DNA from: Euprymna scolopes
Lineage: Eukaryota
Assembly (NCBI GenBank): GCA_053919585.1
Contig: CM132791.1
Length of the DNA: 64,000 bases
Reading direction: 5' to 3' (one strand)
Shown here piece by piece: positions 1 through 14,679 of the stretch. Every line of letters begins with the position of its first letter. The stretch's first letter is position 1. The translations under genes were made by a program, and so were the position numbers. A model generated the notes under the pieces. The model ran no database searches. It was given only the letters and a program-made list of their open reading frames with translations, and was not told where the DNA came from.

Positions 1-868
1 CAAGTTCAACTGAGTCGAAGCCAATCCACGCACAACTGTTTGAGAATTTGCTTCTGTATTAGACGTAGCTTATACGACGATTTCTATCTACTTAAGAGAG
101 ATTAAAAAGACAAAAAATTTGATAAATGGGTGCCTCACGAATTGAACGACAACAAAAAAAAAAACGCAATTGTGAAGTGTCATCTTCCTTTTTTTTCACC
201 CAACAAGAACGACCCGTTTCTCAATTGAGTTGTGATTTGCAAATAAAAGTGGGTTGTTTACGACAACCTGCGATGGTCAGCTCAATAGTTAGATGCCGAC
301 GAAGCTCCACAATGCTTCTTGAAGCCAGAGTTGCACCAAAAGAAGGTCATTCTGACTGTTTGATGGTCTACGACTGGTCTCATCCATTACAGTTTTTTGT
401 AATGCAGGCGAAACCATTATAGCGAAGAAGTACTGTCAACAAATAGATGAAATGCATCAGAAACTTCGACAACAACACCCAGCAGAAGTCAACAGAAAAG
501 ACCCAATTCTCTTGCATAACAATACCCGAGCGAACCTTACTAAACTGACCCTGCAGAAATGGAATGAATTGGGCTACAAAACTCTGTCTCATCCAAACCT
601 CTCACCTCCCGACTACCACTTTTTCAAGCACCTCAAAAACTTTTTTGTGTGAGAAATACTTCAAAAACCTAAACAATATCGAAAACGCCTTCAGCGAATT
701 CTATCACTACCAGAACGCAAGATTTTTATGTTACTGGCATAAATACACTTGTTTTGTGATTCCGATGGTGCTTATTTCGATCAATAAATTTTTGTTTGAG
801 CTGAGATATGTTCATCTGAATTTAAAAGTATAAAACCTTGTCTACCTGATATATTTGGTCAACCTAGT
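1..868 (+). mobile_element. Degenerate mariner (Tc1/mariner) transposase remnant, 5'-truncated at window edge
   Basis: Frameshifted motifs: WVPHEL (tgggtgcctcacgaattg ~127), YCQQIDEMHQKL, PILLHNN (degenerate LHDN), and LSPPDYHFF (mariner YSPDLAPxDY region). A TIR-like 'caacctag' lies at ~860. Confidence 0.9.
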
Positions 869-1699
869 TTTGGACCATCTATCACAATTGTGAAAGATCG
901 GTCTACCAAAGATTAAAAAATACTAAAGACAAGGAGATCTTAAATGTTATGTGACCTTGAAGATTACATGATGTTTTTATTTTATTTAAGCAATATTTCC
1001 TTTAACATATTTGTAAAAAAAAATGTTTAAATAATCGATAACAAAGAAAAACAACAGACTAATTAAAGGGGACCGAAACTGATAAAGGTATTTGAAGATT
1101 ATAGGGTTACGCTTAGGTAATTGAATACTACTTTATAAAATTGTATAAATCGAACTGCTTTCTTAATAAAAAGAATAAATCTTATCTGTCAAAGAAGAAA
1201 ATGTATAATGCACCAAGTATAAACGAAATTATGTTTGCTAGAAGTTGATTCTTTTGTTTGCACTTTATTTGAGTTAGTATAGATCACAGGTGAAGCAAGA
1301 AGGCTTATACAATCGCGATTAAAACAGAGATAGAACGATATAGTGTAACACATAGCTTAAGAAAAACAGTAAGTAATATAACCTCGAAAAACAGACAATA
1401 TGAAACAAAGGAATGAAAGAGAAAGCAGAACAGATAAATGCAAGGGAATTGTGGGGGAGGGGCGATGAGACAGAACCCGGATTGAGTGATGAAAAGATTT
1501 GATATCATAACATAGTCTGCCTTTATCTAGCATGTAAAGCATGTAAAGGCTGTATATGAGAAAGAACAAATATATGTTGAGGTGATAGTATTTATATCGA
1601 TTACACGTAACTTATATACTTTGTTATTCAAAAACAATTGGCTTAATGGGCGTCGAGATGAGGCCTTTTACCACTTAAAAGGCTAAGATCATTGAATGG

Positions 1700-2085
1700 T
1701 AGAGATCAGTATTGAAAATGGTATTGTTGGAGAAAAGCATACCATGAAACAGTTTCAGCAGAAACCACGTTGTCTCCAAGATCAGTATTTCAAATGGTGC
1801 TATTGGAGAAAAGTATATAACGTAATTAAGTTCCAGTGACAAACGCATGGCTACCTAGATCAGCATCGAAAATAATATATGTTGGAGAAAATATATCACA
1901 TCGCAAAATTCGAGTGTATGATTTTTATATCATCAAAGCTTAAAGATCAATTTTGAGAGCGATGTTGTTGGAGAAAAATTTATTATGTGACAAATATTTT
2001 GTAGTAAACACGTTGTAGCATTAAATATGGTGTCACCAGAAAAAAGTATACCACATAATAAAGTTCCAGTGGTGAGAAAGTTGTT
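1700..2085. repeat. Old degenerate minisatellite, ~78-85 bp x ~5
   Basis: 'agatcag..ttgaaa...(g/a)ttggagaaaa' recurs at ~1702, 1779, 1857 and 1943, with a weaker copy at ~2020. Confidence 0.65.
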
Positions 2086-2675
2086 TCCATTAGCATGGAA
2101 GATCTTTCCCTCTTGTTACTTTTTCTTTTATTCTTTTAGACATTTTTCATTCATATATATATATAAGCATTACTTATGGATGGATAATTCATTTAGTTTA
2201 ATAAAAACCCCATAAGAATATACATTCTGAAACAAATGGCTTTTCACATATTCCCGAGAAAAATTCATTGTTCTAGGGAATATGTGTGCATCATAGTTTA
2301 CAGGGATGATAATTTCGGTTTGATGTGGCTTTTAATTCATATATTTATTGACATTTAAAACATACGTCAACACAAAAAAAATTAAATGATAAATATCGGT
2401 AAGTTGAAAACTGATATTTCTTCTTTTTATTTTCAGTTTCGATGATGTAAAAATCAAAATGTTTTAAAATTGTAAAGTTCCGAAATTCTTCATTTTTTTA
2501 ATCAAAGTGAAATATTTGTTGAATCTCTTCATCCGTATTATTTGTCAACTTAAACAAAAATGAATCACGAAACAGCCAAAAATGATTGATTTAATATATG
2601 CGCATAATCTTGAAAATTTATTTATTCACATATGATTAAGCTTTTTCCAAAGCTACACTCTGAAATAACTGAATT

Positions 2676-2678
<3 letters not shown>

Positions 2679-2754
<76 letters not shown>
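2679..2754. repeat. (TA)n microsatellite
   Basis: Direct reading. Other (TA)n tracts lie at ~8081, 14027, 14601, 15845, 16357, 17937, 27143 and 55254. Confidence 0.95.
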
Positions 2755-2757
<3 letters not shown>

Positions 2758-5664
2758 AGATTTTAAAAACTATGTATTGAGTATGATGTAAAACATCCGA
2801 AGAGTCGGAGACCCATCACCAATTTATATTTTTGTAGGAGATTAATCTAAAGTATTTCATTCTTTATTTGATTATTTACCTGCATTTTAGAGATATACTT
2901 TTCAGTTTATTAATGACGTCAGAATCATTTCACTAAATGTCATAAATAACTCTTTTGAGATTGACATTTTTATAGAAAAACTATTAAATTCAGTTGGCGC
3001 TGCAAAAAATGTTTTTATCAAGATACAAACAGTTCAATTTCTAATAAGGATTTCATTTTCTCGGCTCAACTTGATGTGCAGTAATCCATGAAATAGTTAC
3101 TTCCGTTATTGGTTCTCAGTAATGAATAAAAACATCATTCGTAAATATTTAACAAGTCACTGATTTGGAAATCATAGACTCTTTATTCTAAAGATAGCAT
3201 TGGTATTTTTTATTGTTGTTTTATTTTTGTTTATTTAAATATTATTTAAAGAAACGTTCTTTGTGAAAGTAATAGAAACTGAAATATATTTTACCACTGA
3301 TTGATTGCATTGGCAGATGAAATTTACAGATCACTGATAACCGTTAATTTACTCACTCAGGACAATTTCCAGGATTCGAAGATCTTCAAATCATTAATTT
3401 GCCAAAGTCCAAATATATGTTTTTCATTAGTTATCCAAATAAATACAAAAAATGTCTTTATCTTATTTTAGCTAAACCTTTCTTCTTTTGTTTTTTTTTC
3501 TTTCTCACTTCATTAATTTCTTTGGTCTTACTTTCCTTTCCTTACATCATTTCTTTCTTTTTTTACTGTTCCCCTTTCTTTTATCCTATTTTTAGATTTT
3601 CATTCTTCTCACTTCCTCTATTTCTGTTTTTCTTTCTTTCTGCCTTCCTCCACTCCTTCCTTCATTTTTTATTTATCTTTTCATTCTTTCTTACTGCTTT
3701 CTTTCGTCGTTATTTTCTTTCCTCTTTCCTTCCCTTCTCACTTCACTTCCCCTCACTTTCTTCTTTTTCTTTCTCTTACCATCCCTTTTTTGCATGTCAC
3801 TTTTTTCTTAGTTTCAATAATCAATTTCATAAAAATTATTGTGATATTTCAATCTATAGAAAATAAAGCTTATATCATCATAATTCCTTCCTGTTTGCGT
3901 CTATTCTCCTCCATTATCCTATCTCTTTTTCATTGGGTTATACTCCTGTATTATATATTGTGGAAATGCGAAATAAAAATGCAACCTACATTCTGTATTG
4001 ACAGATATAAATCTATCAACAAACCTACAATTGATACATATATTCTTGAACTCAAATATAGTTAGTTTTGTACTTGAAATATGCATTAAATTAAAAGTCT
4101 TTAAAACAAGAAAGTCTTTCTAATACAACCTGATATCTAAAATCTTCATTCAATTATCAACTCTCGTTTCCAATTTATTCACATATAACAGTTATTCTTT
4201 TGTTTTTATTAAAATCTTCAATTCTATTGCATCATATTTCTTAATTTGTCAATATTTTGACAGAAATAGTTGACAGGTAAAACCATATTTTATAATCAGT
4301 CAAAACGATGTTCACACAGATAAATAACTTTTTAACAAGGAGCAAGAAATTACAGAAATAAAAAAAATGAAACCAAAGTGATTGATAATGAAGAGTATTT
4401 TTTTTCTTTCTAAATGGTCACATAATTTCCAGAACTGTATTCATTTCATAGAAACAGTTTCCTGATGATTATTCAACTTCTCTTTATTTCCAATATATTT
4501 TCTTTAATTTTTGTTTTCAATCTAATTTCAAACATTACTTAAATAAACTTTTCTCTCTCACTTGTAACCATTTTTCATTATCATGTATTCTTCACCATTT
4601 AATCGTCTTATAAAGAAAATGAAAGCTAACATTTCTGAGAGAATTTTAATGAAACGAATGCGAATAAAAAATAAAATGATTGAAAATCCAAAATATATGT
4701 AGAGGTAATAAAGCTTCAATTAAGACTTTTTTTCAAAGATCTTAGTAATCTATTGATTACAGTCTTTGCAATGCTTTTGAGATGAGCATTTACCGTATTC
4801 CTAAACTCAAAAATGAATGACAAACATAAGGTTGATATCAGGCTTACTAATCATGTTTTCCACATTAGAAAAAAGATAGATGAAATCTATTCTTTATCTT
4901 TTCCCTCTTTTCTTTGTTAAAAAGGTAAATCTATTTAAATATTCGTCAAATTCTAAAATAAAACCATATTTTGAAAATTTAGCAAAAAAAAACAAAAACA
5001 AAAAACAAAAAACTATATGGCAAATTAAATAAAATTGCAATAAATTTTGACAATCAATAGCCTCTCCCTTCTCTTTCACTACCTTATCAATGAGTTGCAC
5101 GTGTGCCACCCAACCCAAGCCATTACTTGCACCAAATCTTCACTATCTTGCGTTGTGTACTAATGATATGCTTTTAACAAATTAATACTGTTATTTGCAA
5201 TGTAACTTTTCACTTTCAACTGCATGCATCACTCCCATCCCACTCACATATTAGACATAAAGGCCACTTGACATATTTTTCCAGCTCAAAAGAGTTTAGT
5301 AAAAAACAAAAAAAAAATAACAAAAATCAAATCTCTACAAAGATTTAAAAGAAAGCAACAAGAATGTGTTTAATTTAAAAAGGAAAAATCAAATATGGCA
5401 TTATTGAAAGTAGGAATAAATAAAGTCAATTTTCAAGAATCAGGTGCCTGAAAATTCAATCATTCGCTTTCACAGAGAATACAATGACTATCTCCAGGCA
5501 CTTATCTATTCTCTCTTCAAAACATCCACAAGTGTGAATTGAATTCTTATATTATAATCATAATTGGTTGGAGGATATTTGCAAACCATTCGAAGGCAAC
5601 ATGGAAGACATAGTGTTGTCTACTCAATCTAATAAGCTTTGTCTTATGAAATGACCTGTTTCTT

Positions 5665-5770
5665 GTTCTTTCACTGATTTTAACACTTCTTATTCTCTCA
5701 CTTCTTTTGAAACTTTTTATTCTCACAATTCTTTTGAAACTTCTTATAATTACACTTCTTTTTCTCACAC
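5665..5770. repeat. Short ~27-bp degenerate tandem repeat
   Basis: Repeated 'ttctcac..ttcttttgaaact'. This repeat produces the K/R/S-rich ORF 5547..5768. Confidence 0.55.
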
Positions 5771-6229
5771 CTATTTAAGACCCCTTATACTTCGTGAACA
5801 CTACTTTGGAGACTTCTTATTTGTTCGCTTGTTTTTATACCTGTAAACTAATACTTAGAGAATAGAAGGACATTGCCAAGTAAGTATATTTTGAGAAATG
5901 TAACGAAAAAGATTTTCCAACATAATATATTCTGGCAAATTATACATTTTACAACAGTTGTTTGTAACAAAATGATGTAAAAATTCATTGTTTAGTAATC
6001 ATAAATATCATTCTATCAACTTTTTATCAACTATCAACATTACATGTTTTCTTTGATAGTAGGTGCTATATATTATGTTGAATCAGTTCCATTATTTTCT
6101 AATCTTCAACCTATGAACCTTAGGATAAGATCAGCACATGAGAAGAAACATAAAGTGTTGACCCATCAATTTCGACAAGGTAAACAGAGGGGTAAAAACG
6201 ACTCAATACAACCAAAGACCATATTCCAC

Positions 6230-8075
6230 CTGATTGTGAATAGAAGCAAATCTTGGAGAAGAAGAGACCAAAACAACGATCCTTCTTAAAAATATAAATA
6301 ATCCTGATCCGTATATCTAAACAAATCAATTCACAGCTGTGGTTGATATGAGAACACAGACCTGCTCTAGCAGAGCTGAGATACAGAAGATCCTTAGCTG
6401 CTTGGACGAATACCTAGTGCCAACTAGTCACTAAATCTGAAATTACAAACGACCAGACATAATATTACCAAATATCAGTGTTGGCTTAAATGGATATATG
6501 TTGGGACATTTTTACATCAACATGATTACAGAACACGCTAGTCAGCATGTGAATGTCTGTAAAGAATGGCGCTATATTTAAATGAAAACTCCAGAGAACA
6601 ATAGATTCTGGATCATTCTTGGTTAAACACATTCAACACATGACCACAATTGTCAAAAGCGACCATGACAAAAAAACCTCTGAGCATCGCCTTTATTCTG
6701 GGAACAACATTAGTAGCAGTTCACACCCTAATCTTGGTTACACGCCATTAGAAAAAGGATTAAACAGGATATTGTGCTGGATGTTTCACTAGGTATGATC
6801 AAACCAGTGCCGCTGAGTACATCCACAACTTTGTGCTCTCGGATGTTACCAAATGCATCGTAAACTTACAAAAGATAAACGATTTTGGGTCATTAAAGAA
6901 ACATTATATTGCCTGAAAGGCATGATGATAATCGTTATTAAAATACTTATGCCAAGAAAGTGTGGAGAGAGGTACTCAAGCCACCCTACTTTCCATATTA
7001 ATAGCATACTGACAAATACGAGGAGAGTCTTTACTAAATGTGAGTATATGCCACCATTGAATCCAAAATTTTAATTGAAAATGCCACATTTCTTCTACAT
7101 GTGACCATGATATATGCACTTGAGTAGAAGTTGCTATAATAGTAGAAAGGCCAGAATGGGACGTGATACCAAACGAAATTGCCAAATAGAAATTTCATCC
7201 AATAGGAAAGTAGCGTTTTGTTTCCAGCTATCCCCAGTGTAATAAACTATCAGGACTCGCTAGCAAAATATTGGTGGATAGTACTGACAGCTATAACCAG
7301 CTATGTCATAGTAGCATGGCCAGATCCTTATTAACTCACGATAATAATCTCATCTAAGATCTGAATATGTCCTCAGCCATTATCCTATCTGAATAAGTGA
7401 TAAAAGCATCCCTGAGCTGCTCAGCAAAAGTGTAATTCATAAGCTGCTGGTATAGGAAGATAGTGATGGCCAAAAGATATATCAAGAATGAAAAATCCTA
7501 TAATGCATATGGTCGTCCACTTTGAGATATAAAGTTTATCTCTATTCATATCAATGCGCCAATATTGGGAGAGTCATGATGGCACGAAACGCCAGTCAAT
7601 ATCGTCTGTGCATTGATGGAAGCAACAGGGTATCTCGGTATAACTGCTGTTTCCTGCAAAAGATATACCCAGTTATGGAGACTCTGCACTGCTTCTACGT
7701 CAAGTTGATAAGAGTGAGTAGAAATCTCCATAATGATGAAGGTTGCTGAAAGTTAATACTGAACAAACTAAGCAGAGTCCATGTCAGAGTACAAAAATAT
7801 CATGACCGTCTTGAAGTTCATGTACAGAGGGTTTATCAAACAAATATTAAAGAATTTCCCTGCAATTGACCACAGCACAAACGTTTGTAGTATCCTGTGA
7901 TGGGGGTATGCAAAGTAGTACAAAAGACGTATTATACAAATGTGGGGGAAAGTTCTGCAATCAGGCCATAAAAGAAACTTTTCAAGCAATGTGTAACGCT
8001 TGGCATTCATGAAATAACAGACATATATAAAACACTAACAAAAAGCCTTGCTCAATGGCTTACAGAAATCCGATC
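6230..8075 (+). mobile_element. Possible highly decayed non-LTR retrotransposon ORF2 (L1/Tx1-like)
   Basis: Coding-like composition relative to the flanks, a WLKWIY-like segment (~6482), and a C..ETLHCF zinc-finger-like segment (~7650-7700). It ends at (TA)n. No clean RT motif survives. Confidence 0.3.
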
Positions 8076-8076
8076 A

Positions 8077-8131
<55 letters not shown>

Positions 8132-8813
8132 ATCTTAAGAATTAAAAAAAAAAACAAAAAAAACTAAGGAGACCTGCAGAGCATTGCTGAGACATCTCTC
8201 CCAGACGTTCATCAACAAATTTGGGCAACTACCCCTGTCATTTGGTTCAGAAATAGGTAGCTTTTAAGAATAAAGACACAGTGTAAAATGTTTAGCAATT
8301 TTTTTAATATACAAACGTGAATATTTATATTCATAGCCTTTTGTTTGCCTGTGTATGCGTATGTATATGCAGGAAAAGATGAGAATATATATTTGTCCAA
8401 CCACATCTACTTAGTATTCATGTAATTGTGGAGTGTGGCTTAATTCTGCTTGGAATTTTTATGCAATAAATTTCCATTAATCTCACATTTATAATTGTCT
8501 TAAAAAAATGTGGTTAACCTTTCATAGAGAAAATGCCAGAATTATTATTACACTTTTAATCTAACGTTTTATTTGATTCTCATTCTGTTGATCTACTTTT
8601 GTTTATCATGTGAAATAAAAATAAAAATTTTAAAAGAAGAAAACTTTAGATAAAGAATCAATCATCCACACCTCACCTTTAACCGAAATTACATCTTTAA
8701 AAAAGATGTATGTACAAATATACACAAAACTGAATTGTATTTGCACTCTCTTCGACTCATTTCAATAAGCAGTTCTGATTAATTCAAACTATTTTCGGTT
8801 CATGGTGGTGTAG

Positions 8814-8854
8814 AGAGATAGATAGATAGAGATAGATAGATAGATTGATAGATT

Positions 8855-8902
<48 letters not shown>
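8814..8902. repeat. (GATA)n/(GA)n microsatellite
   Basis: Direct reading. Confidence 0.95.
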
Positions 8903-8905
<3 letters not shown>

Positions 8906-10264
8906 TTTTAATTTCAAACTAATTTGCAGATTGAAATTCAAAAAATAAATGCATGAAATAAAAGTAAAAATTCAAATTAATTTTTTCTTGTTCCACAATT
9001 TTGTATGGAAACTAATTGAAAAAATTAGAATTAAAATCTCATCTTTTTCCCAAGTTAAACATCAATTCGAAAGAATGAAAACCTTGAGAACGGGGATCTC
9101 TTAAGAATTATAAAGGTCAAGTATCAAGCAAAAGTATAATCGTTCTGTTTTAAATTATTCCATGATAACCAAAAAATTAAGAGGAAAGCAATAAATTTCC
9201 AGAAACTTTATTTATTTAGTCATCTTCATCCATTATGCAAATGATTTAACTAAATCATTGTTCCGGTTAAAGATAAACAATTCATTCATCCAATTGATCT
9301 ATAATAAGCGATTGCATTCTGTAAATTGATACTATTTTTACTCTTGTACTAACTAGCTACTAACTAGCTAATACCATACAAAAGGAAGTTTGCAATTTTG
9401 CTCAATGGATACAAACTATTAAATTAACTGCGATGACTTCAAATCAGATTTAATTCGCGTCATTATGTAATATGTATAAATCAGCAAATTACAATATTTA
9501 TCTTACTTGAATGATACTTGTTGTTGTGGATTTCTTTCATATGATCGGCTACTCATGGAACAGACCATGTATAAGTTGCATACATTTTTACTGAAAATAA
9601 TGCTATGGAATTGATAAGACTTGAACACGGCAGACTGAGTTGTCAATCTGACTTCATTACGGCCATCTTTCTATTGTGGTCATTTAGGCACTAATTCAGA
9701 CATGTAAAATGGCAATTTGCACTCATCTATGGATCAAATAGCCACTCGTGTTTAACTAATTGCATATAAATACATTGGTTAGCATGCATAGATATTGTGT
9801 TTTGTCATTAAAAGGAAAAAACTTGATTTGGAAAAAAAGATAGTACAACAACTCTCATTTAATGCACTCTGGTCCTTAGTAAAGAAAAGGGTGGAGATAG
9901 GTAAAAACAAAATAGACAAACTAAACAATACAACATCTATATTTCATGCTGCAAACTCGTTTTATTTTAAAGAATACTTCACTAAAAATATTTCAAGACA
10001 AAGCTATAATGAAGACAAAAATAAAACTATGCAAGTTGAACTTTGTAAAAGAAAATATCAAAATAATGCAATCTAATATGTTTCCTTCAAGAACATTATA
10101 TGCAATGGCGGGCAGAGGTCTGGTGACGCCTTGATGCTCGCCGGGGCCAACATTTCGATTGTATGCTCCAGTGTCATAGTACTGAGAAATATTATAAGAA
10201 ACTGTGGTCTGAAATGCTACCAAAGGCAAGATATGCTACTTTTCTGTGATTAAATGCCTTAAAA

Positions 10265-10612
10265 ATTGGTACAGACCTGTTTTGTGTAGATTATAGGACC
10301 CCATACAATCAAAAAGAATGAAAAAAAATTTTTAAAAAATGGCCACCTTTTCTCTTTATATGCTTGCAATACATGCAATATGCAAATGTGATACTTCCGG
10401 TTTAATATAAATATCATAATTTTTCAGAGACTGAGTTGATTTCGAATTTGGATGCTGGATTAGCAAGTTTCGTCAATGCGCCGTGTTTAGGAGTTGAGAG
10501 ATTTTAACAGCAGAGCTTTTAGTTTTGGAGTAATGAGTTTTGACAAAGGGCCTTGAGTTTTGGAATAGTGAGTGAGTGTATTTTTGACAGCAATGTGTCA
10601 AATTTAACATCA
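10265..10612 (+). repeat. Dispersed repeat, copy 1 (related to 35420-35730)
   Basis: Collinear shared blocks: 'tacaRacctgttt', 'aaaaaatggccRc.ttttctctttatat', 'gagttgaga', and 'tttttgRcagYaRtgtgtcRRatttaacat'. Confidence 0.7.
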
Positions 10613-13600
10613 GAAATTGTTACTAAGAAGCATATCATAGTTAACAATCCATCAGGGCAAGTGTAGAACAGTTAACACTTGATTGTTTTAACCACAGAAA
10701 GAAAGATGTTTTGCATATGATTTAATGTCTTCCGACAATCTGGATACCAGAGTTTACCGCCTCTGGTCAAACCTTTCTACATGCCACTGATTATATAAAT
10801 AAACGTTATTTATAGTAATCATCTATATGCCAATACTATTTATACTATCTAAAACTTCACAGTATATTCCGACAGCTTAAATTTTTATACCTCTTGAACT
10901 TATACAAAGTAAGAGATTTAATTATTAAGAATATACCTGCAGTCTTTCTTCTTATATAGATGGATACCTCAGTGCGTGCCACAATTTTATATCGAGACTA
11001 GATTTGAGTTATATTTGTGTATATGAAGCATTTTTACGAATTGTATCCATAGAACATGTTAAATACATATTTTTTAGGTCTTTATTTATTAGTTTCCTTT
11101 GCCTTTTTACAAAGTAAATCTCTTACATATATCTAAAGACATCTTAAGTATAGTATTAAATTTAAAGCGAGTAAAGAGGTAAAAGAGGAAGCTAAAGTTA
11201 CAAATATAGATAGACAATCCTTTCATTTCTCTGAATTCTAGCACTGGCTGACTTGCATTCCTTTTGTTTATAATTTTATAAACAAGCCTCTCCCCAACAG
11301 CGTGATCATATTGTATTCTGACTTGTTAAATTAAATAGTAAAGCAGCTGTTGGTTCCATAATTTTCGACTTCCACTAATCCAGCAGAATCATTTAGATCA
11401 CCCTGTTTTGACACAAGGCTATTCAATAGTTTATCAAATTATTATCAAAGCCCCATACTCCAATATTGTTGTATTTTGTACATCTGCATTATGTTCACAC
11501 TTCTAGATGACATATTTGAAAGATTTTACTCTGTTTTATGTTTGTCCTCGGTATGACATTAAAATACATCCAGTGGTGAGGCTTTAAGATGTTTTTGAAG
11601 TGTGAAGTAACCATATATTTACTAGTACTCTCTTCTCCAGTCTATAGCTAAAATATAATGTTTGACATAGGAAATGGAAGAGCATCTTGTGGTAAACACA
11701 TCAAAGTATAATCAGAAATATCAAGAAAATATTATGAATAATTTAAGAATAATTTAAGAACTTCAAGCATTTTATTAAATTAACTCAAATGGCATTAAAT
11801 GATATAAAACCGCCCAAAAACTATCTGGCATATACACCAGGTAAACCAAGTGCAAGAGAAGTACGAACAATATCACTTAAAGGTACGATTAAAATCTTTA
11901 AATAATCTCTCAGTAGAAGTAACTAAACTAATGGGAGAATGTTTGGCATTTGGTAGAAGGCCCCATCCCCAGCAAAAACAAAGTGATAAGACAATTAAAA
12001 CAAAGCAAAACAAATATGAAATATGTAAGAAAGTAAATGTATATATACATATGTCAATATATTCATCTGTTTCTATTACTGTTTTCTCCCTCGTTGACGT
12101 TTTGACCCTCGTGTGTATCCAAGAAAATATTTAACCAATATAAAAGTTGCTCCCCATCTCTGTTGCCATAAAAACGTTAGAATATCAAACATCCTTATTT
12201 TACAAGACTTATATCATGTATCGTCTAACGACCAAGAAAAAATTCTTAGTAGATTTCGAAGATTTATCTGGATAAAAATTCTTTTATAATATGGAAATAA
12301 TAATAAAATCTTACTTAGTTCAAAATTTGCTCATAATGAAACATTTTTAATATTTCAAAAACATTTTTAATGTTTCAAAGAAAGGTGTCGGTTTTGATTT
12401 TAGTCTTGTCCACATATGTTAAATAGTTGCCAATTTACAAAAAAAATCTGTTGTTTTCTTTTTTCATTGTTTCAAAAGCGGAGACTCTTTAGTGTTACAA
12501 TGACACATATTTATCGAACTGCCGACTGACGACAGCGGCTGAAGAGAGTTTGAACAAGTCCCTAAAGAGTTCAGTTGTTCTATAGAACAAATTCAACCAC
12601 AATTCCATATCAATTCCATTCCTTATTCTTCACGCTCTTTATTCGATTTTGAAGTCAGCATTTTTCCTCGTTATTATTAGGGTTACTTTAATTTTCTTTT
12701 TTTTTTATTTTAATAATTGTCTTAATTTATTTTTTTTTTTTTACTTTTTTTCCTTATATTTTTCGTTTTATTTTCATTGATAAATTTGCTTTTGAATTTA
12801 TTTTCTACATCCATTTATGACATGACTCAAGCTAATTACCAGTGGTGATAAAAACTGCTGCTAGATGTACAATGGACATTCCAGTCTATTCTTTGGTAGC
12901 AAATTATTCTGGTTCAATCGCAAATGGTGTTGGTAAGAGGAGAAAGGGAAGAGAAAGAGGGAGGAGAGATTGAGAGGGGGAGGGGCAGTTGATGGATTGA
13001 TGGACAGAAAAACGGCTGGACGGACAGACGGAAGGAAGGATGTTGAGATTCGCTCTATTTCTAATAAGGACTTGGAAAAAGAAAGGGGAAAATGAAATCC
13101 CAAGAGCTAAGTGTTTTCTGGTCAGACATCTGTGTCTTTTAACCTGGCAGTAATTACTCCATTTTTTAATTGTTCCTGCCGATTCCTCGAACTATTAGCG
13201 ACTTAATGACTGTTAATTGTCTCGATTTTATTGTATGACACAGTGAAATAAAAAAGAAGAAAAAATAGATTGGAGACAGAAGGAGCAGAGGTGGTAATTA
13301 GAGCAGATAATGGATTTATAATAATAATCCATCAGCTAACAACTAACAATACATTCTCTTTCTTTTTTTCAATTCACTGACGCACATTTGGTTTTTATTA
13401 AGAAAAGATGTCACTTAAATGAATGTTGTCTTTTTTGTTTCCTCACAAAGTTACAGATATTAAATTTCCAAATTTGTCATTTCAATGAAAAGCTCTTCGA
13501 TTATAATTTTCTTCCAAATTTTTTTCTCGGAAAAAAAAAAAATCCTAAAAACAAAAAAAAGCAATGGCCGTTTGATAGTATTATAAAAATGAGAATGGTC

Positions 13601-14021
13601 GGCTGAGGGAATGGTAGAATATTTGTGTCCTATGGAAGAAGAGAATAGGCAATTAAGCTGGATTTACAATGATCTTTCTTTCGATTCCATTTTGGAATTG
13701 GGAGGATTTTCAATATTTGGGCCAGTTTAATTAAAATACGAAGAAGAAAACAAAAAAGGAAAATCTATTTTGAAAATGTTTGGCACTTGTGCGTGATGTG
13801 CATCGTTTAAACAAGCCTTTCAAAGCAGAAGAGGCAAATGTCTTATATTTATGCTCTTTTTTACTGATAAAAATATCACGTGTAAATGAGTCTACAAAAG
13901 GGAAAAATAATTTACTTCATTATTACTTACAAAGTATTGACATGTTTGAATGACATCTAAATCCTAATAAACTAAGGGTGGCGGTAAAAAATAGTGAGAG
14001 ATAACTAGAGAGAGGGACCAA

Positions 14022-14057
<36 letters not shown>

Positions 14058-14598
14058 ATGGATACGTGTTTCCACCTTTTTAGGANNNNNNNNNNNNNNN
14101 NNNNNNNNNNNNNNNNNNNNNNNNNNNNNNNNNNNNNNNNNNNNNNNNNNNNNNNNNNNNNNNNNNNNNNNNNNNNNNNNNNNNNNNNNNNNNNNNNNNN
14201 NNNNNNNNNNNNNNNNNNNNNNNNNNNNNNNNNNNNNNNAGGAAGGAAGAGAGAAGGGGAGAGAGATAAGGGAGAAAGAGAAAAACTAACGGACGGACAG
14301 ATAGAGATTGTGCAGAGGAAATATATATATACATATATATAATTCCAGGTTAATATTTTGCAGAGGTAAAGCAACCAATGAAATTTAACAAGAGTGCTCA
14401 ATACCGAAGTAGGGTAAGATGTACTTTTTATTTGTTTTACATAAGCATTAATATGACGCTACACATTCATGAGCATGTTTCAGTCAGCCAGTTACAAGTA
14501 ATTAGAGACCTCTACATGTGATATTGCTTACACAAAAGTTCAGTCAGTAATCTTACTGTACCGAAATATGCTTATGAATGTGTAACGCCATATTAATA

Positions 14599-14679
<81 letters not shown>

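Noticed and set aside
2399-2436. GTAAGT...TTTTCAG mini-intron; other isolated splice-like sites at ~28770, 29200 and 54980
   Set aside because: 38 nt is too short for an intron, and no coherent coding exons could be linked to any of these sites.
3399-3866. F/L/S-rich ORFs (also 15018, 15698, 34367, 56119)
   Set aside because: Translations of pyrimidine-rich or AT-rich low-complexity DNA.
12527-12546. CTGACGA hammerhead-like core (also ~14955 on the minus strand)
   Set aside because: No workable stem II followed by GAAA.
13100-13340. Cluster of TAAT/ATTA sites as a homeodomain enhancer
   Set aside because: Expected by chance in AT-rich DNA; conservation data would be needed.
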